DNA of 64,000 nt, taken from assembly GCA_051294375.1 (NCBI GenBank), contig CM119267.1:1185601-1249600 (forward strand), in the 5' to 3' direction. Both the position numbers and the translations under genes were made by a program. This document shows, piece after piece, positions 52,876 through 64,000 of this stretch; the first letter of the stretch is position 1; the number at the start of each line of letters is the position of its first letter. This DNA is from Paraspadella gotoi (taxonomy: Eukaryota > Animalia > Chaetognatha). Under the pieces are notes generated by a model. The model was not told the DNA's origin, made no database searches, and worked only from the letters and a program-made list of their open reading frames with translations.

Positions 52876-54011
52876 AAAAAGGTTATTTGGTAATTCTATA
52901 AACGATCTGTTTTCACTCTGCTTTCTCTCTGAATAAAGCTAAACACCAAAACGTCGACCTTTTTATTCTAACGATAATAATCGTTTACAAGTGTGATACA
53001 AATTACAGAGAATGTAATGTTAAAATATCCGCTCGGTCAGACATCCACAAATGGTGGATCACGTCGGGCTCACCATTTGTGGATGTCTGACTGAGCGGAT
53101 ATTTTAACATTACATTCTCTGTAATTTGTATCACACTTGTAAACGATTATTATCGTTAGAATAAAAAGGTCAACGTTTTGGTGTTTAGCTTTATTCAGAG
53201 AGAAAGCAGAGTGAAAACAGATCGTTTATAGAATTACCAAATAACCTTTTTAGAGAGAGAGAGAGAGAGAGAGAAGAGAGAAAGACAGAGACAAAAGAAC
53301 AATACATTAATAATAGTTATCAATTGACTAAATATGTTGAACTTTATGATATCAATTTGTAATTACGCCCGATGGCGTAATGGTAGCGATTGAGACTGCG
53401 ACCTCTAAAGTCACGAGATCAAATCCTGTCTCCTTTTATTTTAGCTAATGCTTACAGAGGTTCTAGAGTACATCAGATATCAGATCAATAATACGTTGGC
53501 GATACTTAATAATTATAAGGTATTTGGTAATTGTTTTGCCTCCTTGGCGAATTGCAAATCGTTTAAAATTGTATACATTTCCCCAATGTTTGCGAAATAC
53601 ACCATTAATTAAAATTGTAGAGATTCTAATGTATTTCTCACTTCAGCCACTACCCGCCCAAAGATAAGCGAAGATTTGGAGAAGAAGAGATGAATCTTTT
53701 CCAGTCGCTCGTCGTGGATCGTCGACCCGAAGGAAGGAAGAAGCTCAAGCATCTCCTGCTTAAGGTCAACAAAAGACAATTTTCCTTTTTTGGAAAAATG
53801 TCAACTTTGTTTTCAACTTTCTTTTTTAAAAAAAAATTTATCGTTTCGTCAATATATTTTAGTTTTGATAATAACAATGAACATTCTTTCCTTTCAGGTT
53901 TTACAAGACTACCATCCGGACAAAGTTGATCCCAACCACGGAGCTCAATGGAAGTTCATTTCCGAAGAGATTTCCAAGAGGCTTAACAATCACTTCGAAC
54001 AATTGAAATGA
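52040..54011 (+). CDS. Protein with C-terminal J (DnaJ-like) domain; 3' exons ~52040-52218, 52472-52614, 53647-53764, 53898-54011; start not located
   Basis: ..FVYSHYPPK..KKLKHLLLK|VLQDYHPDKVDPNHGAQWKFISEEISKRLN; HPD motif. Confidence 0.65.
52665..53456. mobile_element. Palindromic inverted-LTR element: LTR(+) 52665-53049, central tRNA-Trp PBS(-) 53058-53075, LTR(-) 53078-53456; 4-bp TSD gagg
   Basis: Each arm runs TGTAAGC..CCACA with tataaa and aataaa; aa spacer then TGGTG; TSD gagg at 52661-52664 and 53457-53460. Confidence 0.85.
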
Positions 54012-54461
54012 GTCGGCGCTCTCAATCACCGACTACAGAGTTTCGGGTTTTTCGTTCTCACACTAATTAATTCTTTGTTTTCACTTATGTACTAATTAGA
54101 TTAATTGTCGAATTGTATATTTTTAAGTCATTAAATTATTGGCACAGCAATTTTTTTTTTTGAAAACTTTTTATTTCGAACGAATGTACGAGAAAATGTA
54201 ATAATGGAACAAGTAATTTTATATTTTGGCAATTGAATGAATATTGTCATAGCTATGGACAAAATAAATGCGGTTGAGAATATTGGAAATAATTTAAGAG
54301 TGGAGGAGCGAGAGAGACGGAGTTCGGGTGGGGAGGAGGGATAAGAAGGGATAAGAGGTTGGAGGAATTATTAGACGAGAGAAAGTTTAGGGGAATGAGG
54401 TCACCGGGGAAAAGAAGAATACCAATCGATGCAACCAAATAATTAGTTAAAACCAAAATGT

Positions 54462-56111
54462 TCACGAATTTTCCCTGATGGTTTTTCGAATCCATTCTAC
54501 AAAATTGGAGACTCTGGCGTAGACGCCGAACTTTCCCCTGACCCCGCATCCGTCCCCAAAGGAGGTGACCCCGTAGAGGGTCCACCCTGAACTGTCTTTG
54601 GTACCACCCCCTTGCGATCCCGCCTGACTCTTTCTCCTCTCTTCTCTCGATCGATTTCTCGACATTCTCTTAGGTTTTCTCCTCCTCCTGTTCCTCCTCC
54701 TTTCCTCGTCTTCTTCTTCGCTCTTCCCCGTCGACCGCTTGTTCTTCTCTCCTCCCGTTTTGCAGACCAGCGGCCCGCCCGAGTCTCCATCGCAGCTGTC
54801 GATGTGTCCGCTCTTGTATCCCGCGCAGAGCATGTTGTCCGTGATTTCGTACTCGAAGGCTCGACGACAGACTCGTTGATCGATGAGCGGGACTCTCGCC
54901 TGATGGAGAATCTCGGCGCCCGTGTAAGCGCTGGCGTGAAGCTTGCCCCACCCAGTCACGAAGCACTCGGTCCCTGGCGGAAGATCCTCGCCGGCTGGCG
55001 GGAGACAGGCTGGCTGAGCGAATGGCGTAGCCCTGACGGGACGTTCCAACTTGAGCAGAGCCACGTCGGAGTCGACCGTCTCCAGGTCGAAGTCGGGATG
55101 CTGGAATTTGGCTTCAACTCTGACCTCGAACTCGCTTCTTTCATAGAGGGTGTTGTCGTGATCTCCGACCCGGATAAGGATGTTACGAGGACGAAGCTTC
55201 TTGCGTCGGACGCAGTGGGCGGCGGTGACGACCCATTGGGGGTGGATGAGAGTCCCGCCGCAAGAGATTTCCCGCCATCTGTTCATCACCGACACCTGCC
55301 AGGGCCAACTCCCTCGTCGTGACACCTTCCCGCCGATAATGCGGAGGCGTCGAGGGTTGAAGGAAGGTTTGGTGCCGCACTCGAAGTCGCCAAAGTCGAG
55401 AAAGGTCGAGTTGGAGCCTTTCGAGGATTTCTCTGCGTCCTCAGGTGTATCTTTCTTTTTCTCCTCCTCTATCTCCTCTTCCTCTCCATAAATAATCTTC
55501 GTCTCATAAGATCCGCTGTTTCTCTTCCTCTCTCCGCATCTCGTTCCTTCGGGAAAGCATTCTCTCTCTTCCTGAATTCGTCTCCTTTCGCAGAGAAGTT
55601 GGAACTGGCACTCCTTGACGCGCCGTTGACGGCAAGAGCGTGAGCATCGCGACCATTGCGACCAGTTTGAGAAAACGAGGTCCTCCATGTCGGCGTCGGG
55701 GTTCTCCCTCCGCGTGTTGGACAAGTCTGTGAGCAGGCGTTTGATAAAAGTCTGATGCCGAGCTCGCCTAGATCGACAGGTGTTCGGACAAGCGCGTTTC
55801 TCGACCACGACGTTTTCTCCACAGGCGGAGGGCATCAGGCAATCGCGCCGGCGCCTTTGAACGCACCTGGCGGAACAGCGGGACCAATGGGTCCAGGGGG
55901 AGAAGAGGCGCTCTTTTGAGGGGGCGGTGTCGACAGACGCCGAATCGTCGACGCCGACGAGAGGGGCGGCGTTCGATGGCGCCGGAGACGAAATCGACGC
56001 CGCCGCGAAAGACGAAATGATAGAAAGAAAGAGGAAGAAAACGACGCCGCTTGAGACGGCGCCGTCTCGAGTGATACGGGCGTCGGAACTCATTTTGGAA
56101 TTACGAATCAT
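54462..56111 (-). CDS. Trypsin-like serine protease with N-terminal hydrophobic segment and two TSP1 repeats; intronless CDS
   Basis: WTHWSRCS..C and WSQWSRCS..C TSP1 motifs; CG..R|IIGG activation site; TAAHC, DVALL, DSCDGDSGGP; GVYARV. Confidence 0.92.
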   Translation of the reverse strand: MIRNSKMSSDARITRDGAVSSGVVFFLFLSIISSFAAASISSPAPSNAAPLVGVDDSASVDTAPSKERLFSPWTHWSRCSARCVQRRRRDCLMPSACGENVVVEKRACPNTCRSRRARHQTFIKRLLTDLSNTRRENPDADMEDLVFSNWSQWSRCSRSCRQRRVKECQFQLLCERRRIQEERECFPEGTRCGERKRNSGSYETKIIYGEEEEIEEEKKKDTPEDAEKSSKGSNSTFLDFGDFECGTKPSFNPRRLRIIGGKVSRRGSWPWQVSVMNRWREISCGGTLIHPQWVVTAAHCVRRKKLRPRNILIRVGDHDNTLYERSEFEVRVEAKFQHPDFDLETVDSDVALLKLERPVRATPFAQPACLPPAGEDLPPGTECFVTGWGKLHASAYTGAEILHQARVPLIDQRVCRRAFEYEITDNMLCAGYKSGHIDSCDGDSGGPLVCKTGGEKNKRSTGKSEEEDEERRRNRRRRKPKRMSRNRSREERRKSQAGSQGGGTKDSSGWTLYGVTSFGDGCGVRGKFGVYARVSNFVEWIRKTIRENS

Positions 56112-57398
56112 CACGAAATAAAGTTTTTTTTAATTTTTTTATTTTTTTTTTACAATTTCTAAAATGTCCTTTTTTTTCTTGTCTCTTCGCGGTTTTGTTT
56201 CGTTTGAATCTCCCGTTGATTTCGGGTTTTTTCTTTTATTCTTTTTTTTTTCGATTAAAGTTTTTTTTTTCAATGGAGAAAAAAGTTTGATAGATCGTTG
56301 GCGGTGTGAAAAGATTTGAGTGAGAGAGAGAGAGAGAGTAGGGTAGCCTGGGAAGTTTGATCTTTAAGGTTGGAATTAAAACTCGGATTGAATTCTCGGT
56401 CGAATCTCGGATCAAACGCAAATTTGAGATTTTTTTTTTGTTGTTGTCCGAAGGATGAAGTTTTTTTTTTCGGGGGTGGGGTTCGTACGCGACCTCGCTC
56501 GATCTTTTGGGTACGCAACAGATCTGTTTAGTTCGAACCAGATGGAGATGGAGACGGATGAATTGACGGAGACAGAGACACGAATTATCCGCGTGGTTGA
56601 CGATGAAGAGAAATCGATATCCTCAGATTTTTTTTTCTGAGTTCGATCTCTCCTTCGTCTTTTTTATATCCAGAGAGAGAGAGAGAGATGAAGGGGGGCG
56701 GTGGGTCTCGATCGCGGAACTAGCGTGAGAATCGATGCTCGAAATTCCGGGGGAGAAGGAAGAGGAAGAGGAAGTGTTGTGTTCGGAAATGAAAAAAAAA
56801 GAGAATGTAAAAGATAAAATAGATGAATGAAATAGATTGTTTCAGGAAAAGTCACAGAATAATCTTCAGATAATAAACTAATAAACTTGAAAATAAAGGG
56901 AAATAAAGATAATAATAACTTTGAAAGGGAGACGCAAGGAATTTTAAAAAAAAGAAGAAGAAAGGACCGGACCTAAACATGAATTAAAGAAAGAGAAAGA
57001 AAGATCGAGAGAGAAAGATCTAGAAATTCCTCAACTGTGAATCATCCTTTCGATTTAGAATGAATAAAAAAAAGTTTAAATTTAAATTTTTATTTCAGAT
57101 TTTTTTTTTTGGGGGGGGAGCGATATAAACTTTAGATGAAACATCGGACGATCGAGTTTGAAAATCGATCTCAGGATTGAGAAATATTCGTCAACAACGA
57201 AAACACTATCGACCATTTGGTTTCATTTGATTTATCCCGTTTTTGGCATTTTTTCCCCCGTTGCCTAGCGACAGAAAGGAAGATAGTCCAACATCTATAA
57301 ATTTGTAAATATTTTTGATTTGAATCGTTTTTGACAATCGTCCGGCAGCTGGATTCTATTAATCCCTTTTTTTCGATAGTTCTCCGATTTTCCGAAAT

Positions 57399-57400
<2 letters not shown>

Positions 57401-57492
<92 letters not shown>
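57401..57492. repeat. (CT)n microsatellite
   Basis: ~90 nt perfect dinucleotide run. Confidence 0.95.
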
Positions 57493-57496
<4 letters not shown>

Positions 57497-58721
57497 AAGA
57501 GCCGCTCCCTCTCCGTCGATGACAAACAACATCTTGAATCACTTCGGAAACCGGAAGCGAGAGAGCGAGCGAGCGAGACAGGGACAACAGAGAGAGAGTG
57601 AACGACAGGGTCAATGAATCGAGACGGTCCGCCCACTCCCCCCCTCCGTCCTCCCTCCCGCTGAGTAGGTGGAGCGGAGGAGAAGATTAAAGTGTGGAGA
57701 GGCGAGGGAGGAGGAGGAAGAGGAGGAAGAAGGCTTGAGGACAGGGAGTCGCAGGGGGCGGCGTCACCCGTCCGGCCGCCAAAAGCCGATCCGACCTTCG
57801 ACCTTCGAACCGACAACTTCCGGCGTCGGAACAATGGACGAATCTTTTTCCCATTTACCTTTCGATCGATCGATCGATGTCGTCGTCGTCGTCGTCGTCG
57901 ATAATGGGGGATTGATTCTCTCCCGATTCGAATCGGAAATCGCTCCTTCTTTTCTCCCTTTGTTTACTCCTTTTGTCTTTTGTTTTTTTGTTTTTTTTCG
58001 GGGGGGGGGGAGGGGAGCCAGTGGCGGCAAATTGGCATCGGAAGTAAATCCTTCGTTGTTTAGTTGTTTTTCTGACCGAAAGGAGGAAGAAATGCGAGGA
58101 GAGAGCGAGGTAGCGAGAGGAGAAGGAAGTACCAAAGTTTTTTTTAGTTTTTTGACGTTTTTAACTTTTAACGTTAATGGGATGACTTGTGAAGTGCGAT
58201 TCTTCTTAGTTAATTGTTAAAAACTGCAAGAATGAAAGACGAGGAATAAACAATTCAGTCTGGCGAATCCTAAATTCGCCTCCCGTACATATTTGCTCGT
58301 CTCTGGTTACTGAAGGTCCTAAGCCCTGAGGACCAGCTGTTGGGAGATGCCTCACACCCTGGACACTACACATGTACACATGTGTGATGAGGTGCCATAG
58401 TAGTCTTCAGCCCAATCAGCACCTTATCTATCGAAAGACCGACCGACCCGTGTTATTGCATTAATGACCTAGACTGATTCGCTGATGGACTTAATAATTT
58501 ACCGACTGGCTGACCTTATCATGTTACTTGAGTAATTGAAAGACTGATTGATGTGAAAATGATTGGCTGACAATAGTGATTGACTGATTGCTTGACAATT
58601 CTAACGAAACAAAATACTTTCTGTGAAGTTCTCATCTTTCCTTCTCGCCTCTCACCCCCTCCTCCTCCTCCTTTCACCGACCAACAAAGAATCACATTCA
58701 TAATTTTAACAAAAAACGATT

Positions 58722-58780
<59 letters not shown>

Positions 58781-59047
58781 ATTTTAATTGGTCTATTTAA
58801 ATTTCAACTTTAAACTTTAGGAGATTTCCCAAGAAACACTAGTTAACATGATGAATGAATTATAATGAATACTATCTTTTGATAGCGAATTGGCATTGCT
58901 TAGTGAAATCTATAAAATATGATTTAAATTTTAATCCAATCTCCCACACAGGGGATTCTGTAGATTTGGACAGCTCGACAAATTGTCCGATTTCTTAGTC
59001 ACCCAGGATTTCCTGATTTTTGGATTCGATCTTCAAACAGTATATAA

Positions 59048-59760
59048 CAGGCTTCATATTATCAAATGTGGTACCCATTTTTTGTGACCAGAACACGTTC
59101 CGAGAAAACTACTGAATAGAATTTAATGAAATTTTGCATGCGGAGTACCAGTAGTGATACAAATGGAACTATCGAGGCGAATTTTTACATTCCACCCCTA
59201 AGCTGAGATAAGTGGCCCTGAGGGGGCAGCCCCTGAGGGCAAAAAATGGACAAAAATTGTTTTCAAATTTTATTTTTTTTTGTTTTGAACAGTTGCACAG
59301 ACGTTTACTCTTTCACAAAAACGTATTTATTACCTCAAAAATATTCATTTACCTTAATTTTTAGCTTCATTAACATCAGCAGTTAAAGTCAGATTTGGAA
59401 TAATTTGGGAAAATTGGAAGTAAAACGATGAACCATGCATCTTCAACCATGCTTAATTATTGCAAATTTATAAATTTTAGTTCTAAAATGTTTTTTTCTT
59501 ATGTTTAAAACCTCAATGCACCTGATGCTACTAAAAAATTTGAAAAAAAAATTTAGCATTTTTTGGCCCCCCAGGGGTCCACCCCCAGGGTCCTGTATCT
59601 CTTGTCAGGGGTTGAATATCAAAATTCGCCTCGATAGTTCCATTTATATAGTCATTAGCACTCTAAATGTAAAATTTCATTAAATTCGATTGGGTAGTTT
59701 GGTGGGAACAGGTTCTGGTCACAAAAAAGGGTACTACATTTTACAATATGAAGCCTTCTG
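59048..59760. mobile_element. MITE, uninterrupted relative of 7621-9062 (opposite orientation)
   Basis: Same TIR (gcttcatatt..aaatg..gtaccc..ttgtgaccagaa) and internal sequence. Confidence 0.85.
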
Positions 59761-60120
59761 TAAATGAAAATTTCTGTCAATCTGTGCTTCGAGCGTCGCA
59801 ACCAGGATTGTATTGGAGAAGGAAGAGTCGACGACATCTTCAAAGGCGTCTCCGAGGGAGACTGGAATCGGTCGCAGATTGCGGAAATGACATCCACGTT
59901 CAAATCCAAGTTGACCCCTCCAATGAAAAAGAACCAAAGTTTTAGAATCAATGTTAATTAATGTTAATGTTGATCTTTAATCTGAAATCGAAAAAAAAAA
60001 TGGTAAGCAAAGATATAAAATTAATTAATTTATTTAATTTTAATTACCAGTGATACTTTAAATCCTTAAAAATCTATAATTTTCTCTTCGATCGAATTGA
60101 ATGACATAAGTTGAATTTTA

Positions 60121-60330
60121 AAATCCCATTGGCTCAGAGGGGGAACGCAACATCCTGAGCGCTGCGTTCCATCCAGTCTTAACGAATTCCCTCTGCGTTT
60201 GCAAAGCGAGACCCTCCTAGGGTAACCACGCCACTGACTGGAGGTGTCACTGAGGGTCGGAAGCCCCCAAAGCCAACAGTTAGATTCTCCATCCCGATGG
60301 GCATCACTGGCAACCCGGCTGTTGCCCTAA
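60121..60330 (+). mobile_element. Diverged, 5'-truncated solo copy of the TRIM LTR
   Basis: Colinear with 8350-8558 (cattggctcagaggggg..gtcactgagggtcggaagcccccaaagccaacag..ggcaacccggctgttgcc). Confidence 0.85.
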
Positions 60331-61623
60331 GGCAACCTTTTTGGCCCCTCGAAATGTCGGTAAAATGACAAAAATATGAATTCAATTGAAAATGTCTGAA
60401 AAACACGCGAGGCCGTTTTGCTTTCAACTTCCGCCACCAGAGTTCGAATTGTTGATATTGAGTGGATAGACATTAGACAATTTTGATCAAATGATCTCCT
60501 AAGTTGAAAACTCGCTTTGATGAGTAAAAACTAGTAAAACCTAGCTTTGATGATAATTAAAAAAATATTTTATACAAAGTTTTAAATCATCCTAATCAGA
60601 ATAAAATATTTTTGTAAAAGCTTTTTAAAATTCAAAATATTTAAAAAAAAATTAAAAACACTTAAAATTTTTATTAAATTTCAAATTTTTAGGCAATAAA
60701 CGAGAGACTGAGCCAAAAATAAACTTAATACTAAACATCAACTGCGACTGAAAGAGAAAAAAAGAGAAGTTGAAAGATTTCAAAGCCAGAAAAGTGATGC
60801 GACAATTTGAGGGTCTTTGCAAAAGTTCAGATTATGAAAGGAAAAAAAAGGGTTGAATGAGGAGAAAAGAAGGAGAAAGGGAGTGCGCTATTTAACGAGA
60901 GCGCCCTGTTTCTGTTCCTAATCCCTCTACTTAATTTTAACCTAAATAATTAATCTTAATCTTTTATTAAACCCTAATTCCAAGCTATAACCTGATATCT
61001 AACATCAGTCAGGGGCAAGGTAGCTTATTTATTAAATGAATGGATAATTTTTAAAATTATTTTATATTGGTTGTACCAATTTCTTTCAGTTCTAATATTT
61101 ATTAGTAAATTTATCTATTTTTCTTCGTTTTTTATCTTTCTTAAGTTTTATTGTATAATGTATAAGTAAAGTTTTATGTCATCATCGTGATTAAACTTCA
61201 TGTGAAAATTCAATTGAATCTCAGCCGTGAAGCAACAACGAATTCTTTCACTTTTATTTTATCTTTTTTTTTTTTAAAAAGTTTAAAAAGTTGTAGCGAC
61301 AGTAAACGACCGGTTGAACGAAAATCTCTTTAAAGAAAATAATTTATTTACAAAACCGAATAAAAATAGGATTGAGACATAAACATTAATTGAAAAAAAA
61401 AACACCATATTTTATAATTATATTTTATATTTTATATTCAATGATTTAAAAATTTCATTACGCCAACTCATTGCGTTTTGCTTTTTTAAAACGACCCTAC
61501 TCTATTTTGATATTTATCTCAACCTTGAAACTTTTTGTATTTGACAGTTTTTTTTAATGGTTCCCCTTTCTTCCAACTGATTTTTCTCTCTCTCTCTCTC
61601 AAAATAAAAAAAAAAAATAAATC

Positions 61624-61854
61624 ATGAGTGGAAAGAAGATTCTGTTTGTTTTGTCCATTTTTGCTTCCATCTTCTTGGAGATTCTTGCCGATCCTCTTCC
61701 TCCTCGTTCTCCTCGTTCTCCTCCTCGTTCTCCTCGTTCTTCTTCCCATCGTCCTCTGGAAGCGGAGGAAATCCTGAGAGAAGCGGAAATTCCAGACGAT
61801 GACGGAAGCGATGGAAAGACGATGGATCAGCTGATCTCTGAGGCGAGGGGAGAA
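61624..61854 (+). CDS. First exon of a secreted protein (signal peptide plus propeptide-like segment)
   Basis: MSGKKILFVLSIFASIFLEILA signal peptide; donor gaa|gtaaga; downstream exons not identified. Confidence 0.6.
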
Positions 61855-63399
61855 GTAAGAGGGGAAGGGGGGAGAGATGGAGGGAGGGAGGACAGGTGGG
61901 GAAGAGAAGAGGATAAATGAGGAGGGAGGAGAGGGAGTAAGGCAGGGAAGAGGGAGGAGAGGGGAAGAAGGGCAGGGAAGAGGAGGTAGGGAGGAGAGGG
62001 GAGGAAGGGCAGGGAAGAGGGAGGTAGGGAGGAGAGGAGAGGAGGGCAGAGAAGAAGAGGGAGGTAGGGAGGAGAGGGAAGGAAGGGCAGAGAAGAGGGA
62101 GGTAGGGAGGAGAGAGATGAGGGGACGATGAGAAAAAGAAGGTCAGGCGGAATTAGAGTAGAGATAGGATAGAGATTGAGATAGGATTAGAGTAGAGATA
62201 GGAAAGAATGTGAATAGTTGATATTATTAAAGATAAGTAGGGAAGTGAGAAGGAGAATTAAATGTTAAGAAAAATTCATACTTATTAAGATAATCAATGA
62301 AATTCCAAAGATTGAAGGTTGGAGAGAATCGGGTGAGGATGATTTTAACTTACCTCATGCCTAACCCTATCTTTAAGCAAATATAACCTAATCTCTAAAA
62401 CTAATTCCTAATCCATAATCTCTAAAACTAATCCCTAATCCATAACGTAATCTAACCTAATCTCTAAAACTAATCCATAATCCATAACCTAATATTTGAA
62501 TTTAAAAAGTAAATAAACAGTAAATAAACAAACCAACGTACAGACCGATGGACAGACCGACGGACAGACAGACGGACAGACCGACGGACACACCGACGGA
62601 CTGACCGACCGACCAAAAAGTGACTTATAGAGTTGATCCGCGAGCGGCGCAACTAAAAAGTCGGTGGAGCTAATCTGAGTGAGTTTAGTCGCGACGTTTC
62701 TTGACGAGTTGATTGGCAGACTTGGGAATCCATCCCTGACATTGACGAGGGTTTAGGACCAACTCTGGGCAATTGGGAAATGGGAATAGAGTATTGGGCT
62801 TTGGGAGGACGGAATTGGCCATTGGGTTATGGAAATGGGAAATGGAAATAGTGTTGGGGTATAGGAATAGGATTCATTGGATACAGGGCAATGGGAAAAT
62901 GGTTTTGTGCAATTACCAGTGAGATGTGGGGAATCGGGCATTTGGCCTTTGGCCTTTGAGAATTGGCCACTGGAAAAGTTGCTTTGGAACTGAGGCCAGG
63001 ACGAAGGTCGCTTAGAGTTAGGGGGCGACTAGATTCTGAAGGATTAAGTATTCGGGGAAAATTAATGGGAAAAGGGGATAATAATTAATAGAAGATTGGA
63101 AAAAAAAAGAAAAAAAAATATTAAAAAAACTTACAGCGAAATTAGAAAAAAAACTAATTTTTCCGGTCTTCTGGAAAGAAAAAAATTTGAGCAAACAATG
63201 TCGGATCTGCCTACGATAATTAAGCGGTAATCTGCGAATCAGATGATAAATCATTATAATTCTTTCAATTTGTGATCCTAAGTGATCATAACAGATCGTA
63301 CCATACCAAACCAATAGCTGCGCCAATACATGTAAATCGCTTGCAAAGAATTAAACTGAACTGTTACTATGGTACAAATAATTTATTTGACTAATATTT

Positions 63400-63800
63400 T
63401 TTTCAACTTGAATCATTTTTAAACTCGCATGATTTTTTAAACTCACATCTTTTTTTCAACTTGCATCATTTTTTCAATTTGCATCATTTTAACCTGCTAA
63501 AATTTTTCAACTGGCAATATTAATTTTAACTTGCATCATTTTTTAAACTTGCATCATTTTTTCAATTTCCATCATTTTTTGTAATTTCCATCATTTTTTA
63601 ACTTGCATAATTTTTTTAACTTGCATCATTTTTTAACTGCATCATTTTTATCTATTTTTCCAATTTCCATCATTTTTGTAATTTCCATCATTTTTTAACT
63701 CGCTTAATTTTTTTAATTTGCATCATTTTTTTAACTTGCATCATTTTTTTCACTTGCTTCATTTTTTAACTTGCATCATTTTATCATTTTGCATCATTCA
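63400..63800. repeat. Degenerate ~17-18-bp tandem repeat (ttgcatcattttttaac)
   Basis: About 20 imperfect units. Confidence 0.85.
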
Positions 63801-64000
63801 ACTCGCAATAAACCAATCAATCATTTTATCTGAGAGAGAGAAAGAGAAACTGAAATCAACTTCAAGTGAATGTTATTTTTTTTACTTTTTCGCTCGCAAG
63901 ATTCTATCGAAACTTTATATCCAGGTCAATCACACACTTTTCTAACCACACACAAAATGTCATTCCAATCCAACCATCCAATCACGAGTAATTGGAGTGT

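Noticed and set aside
52665-53456. Reading the palindrome as a Ginger-type DNA transposon MITE (TGT..ACA, 4-bp TSD)
   Set aside because: It does not explain the inner CA+aa+TGG junctions, the 18-nt tRNA-Trp complement or the TATA/AATAAA; kept only as the alternative hypothesis.

Overview
Intron-rich eukaryotic (invertebrate-like) genomic DNA. Exons are GC/CpG-rich, introns and intergenic DNA are AT-rich, and there are two 10-N scaffold gaps. Recognisable genes, nearly all on +: last exon of MAP3K4/MEKK4; two tandem Mpv17/PMP22-family genes (the first with a duplicated alternative last exon); PSME4/PA200 (~16 kb, ~30 exons); UBE2H; a SAP-domain ORF; a UQCR11-like gene; two zinc-finger genes; a C-terminal J-domain gene; several unknown genes; and, on -, an intronless 2xTSP1-trypsin protease. 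Mobile DNA: a 3-kb TA-flanked foldback, hAT-type MITEs with 8-bp TSDs, a TRIM-like mini LTR element nested in a MITE, Penelope-like remnants with hammerhead motifs, SINEs and a LINE fragment. The most striking structure is a 792-bp palindrome (52665-53456). It reads as two inverted LTRs joined at an exactly 18-nt tRNA-Trp primer-binding site and has a 4-bp TSD, so it appears to be an integrated inverted-LTR retroelement. All calls were made by eye and no database searches were run.
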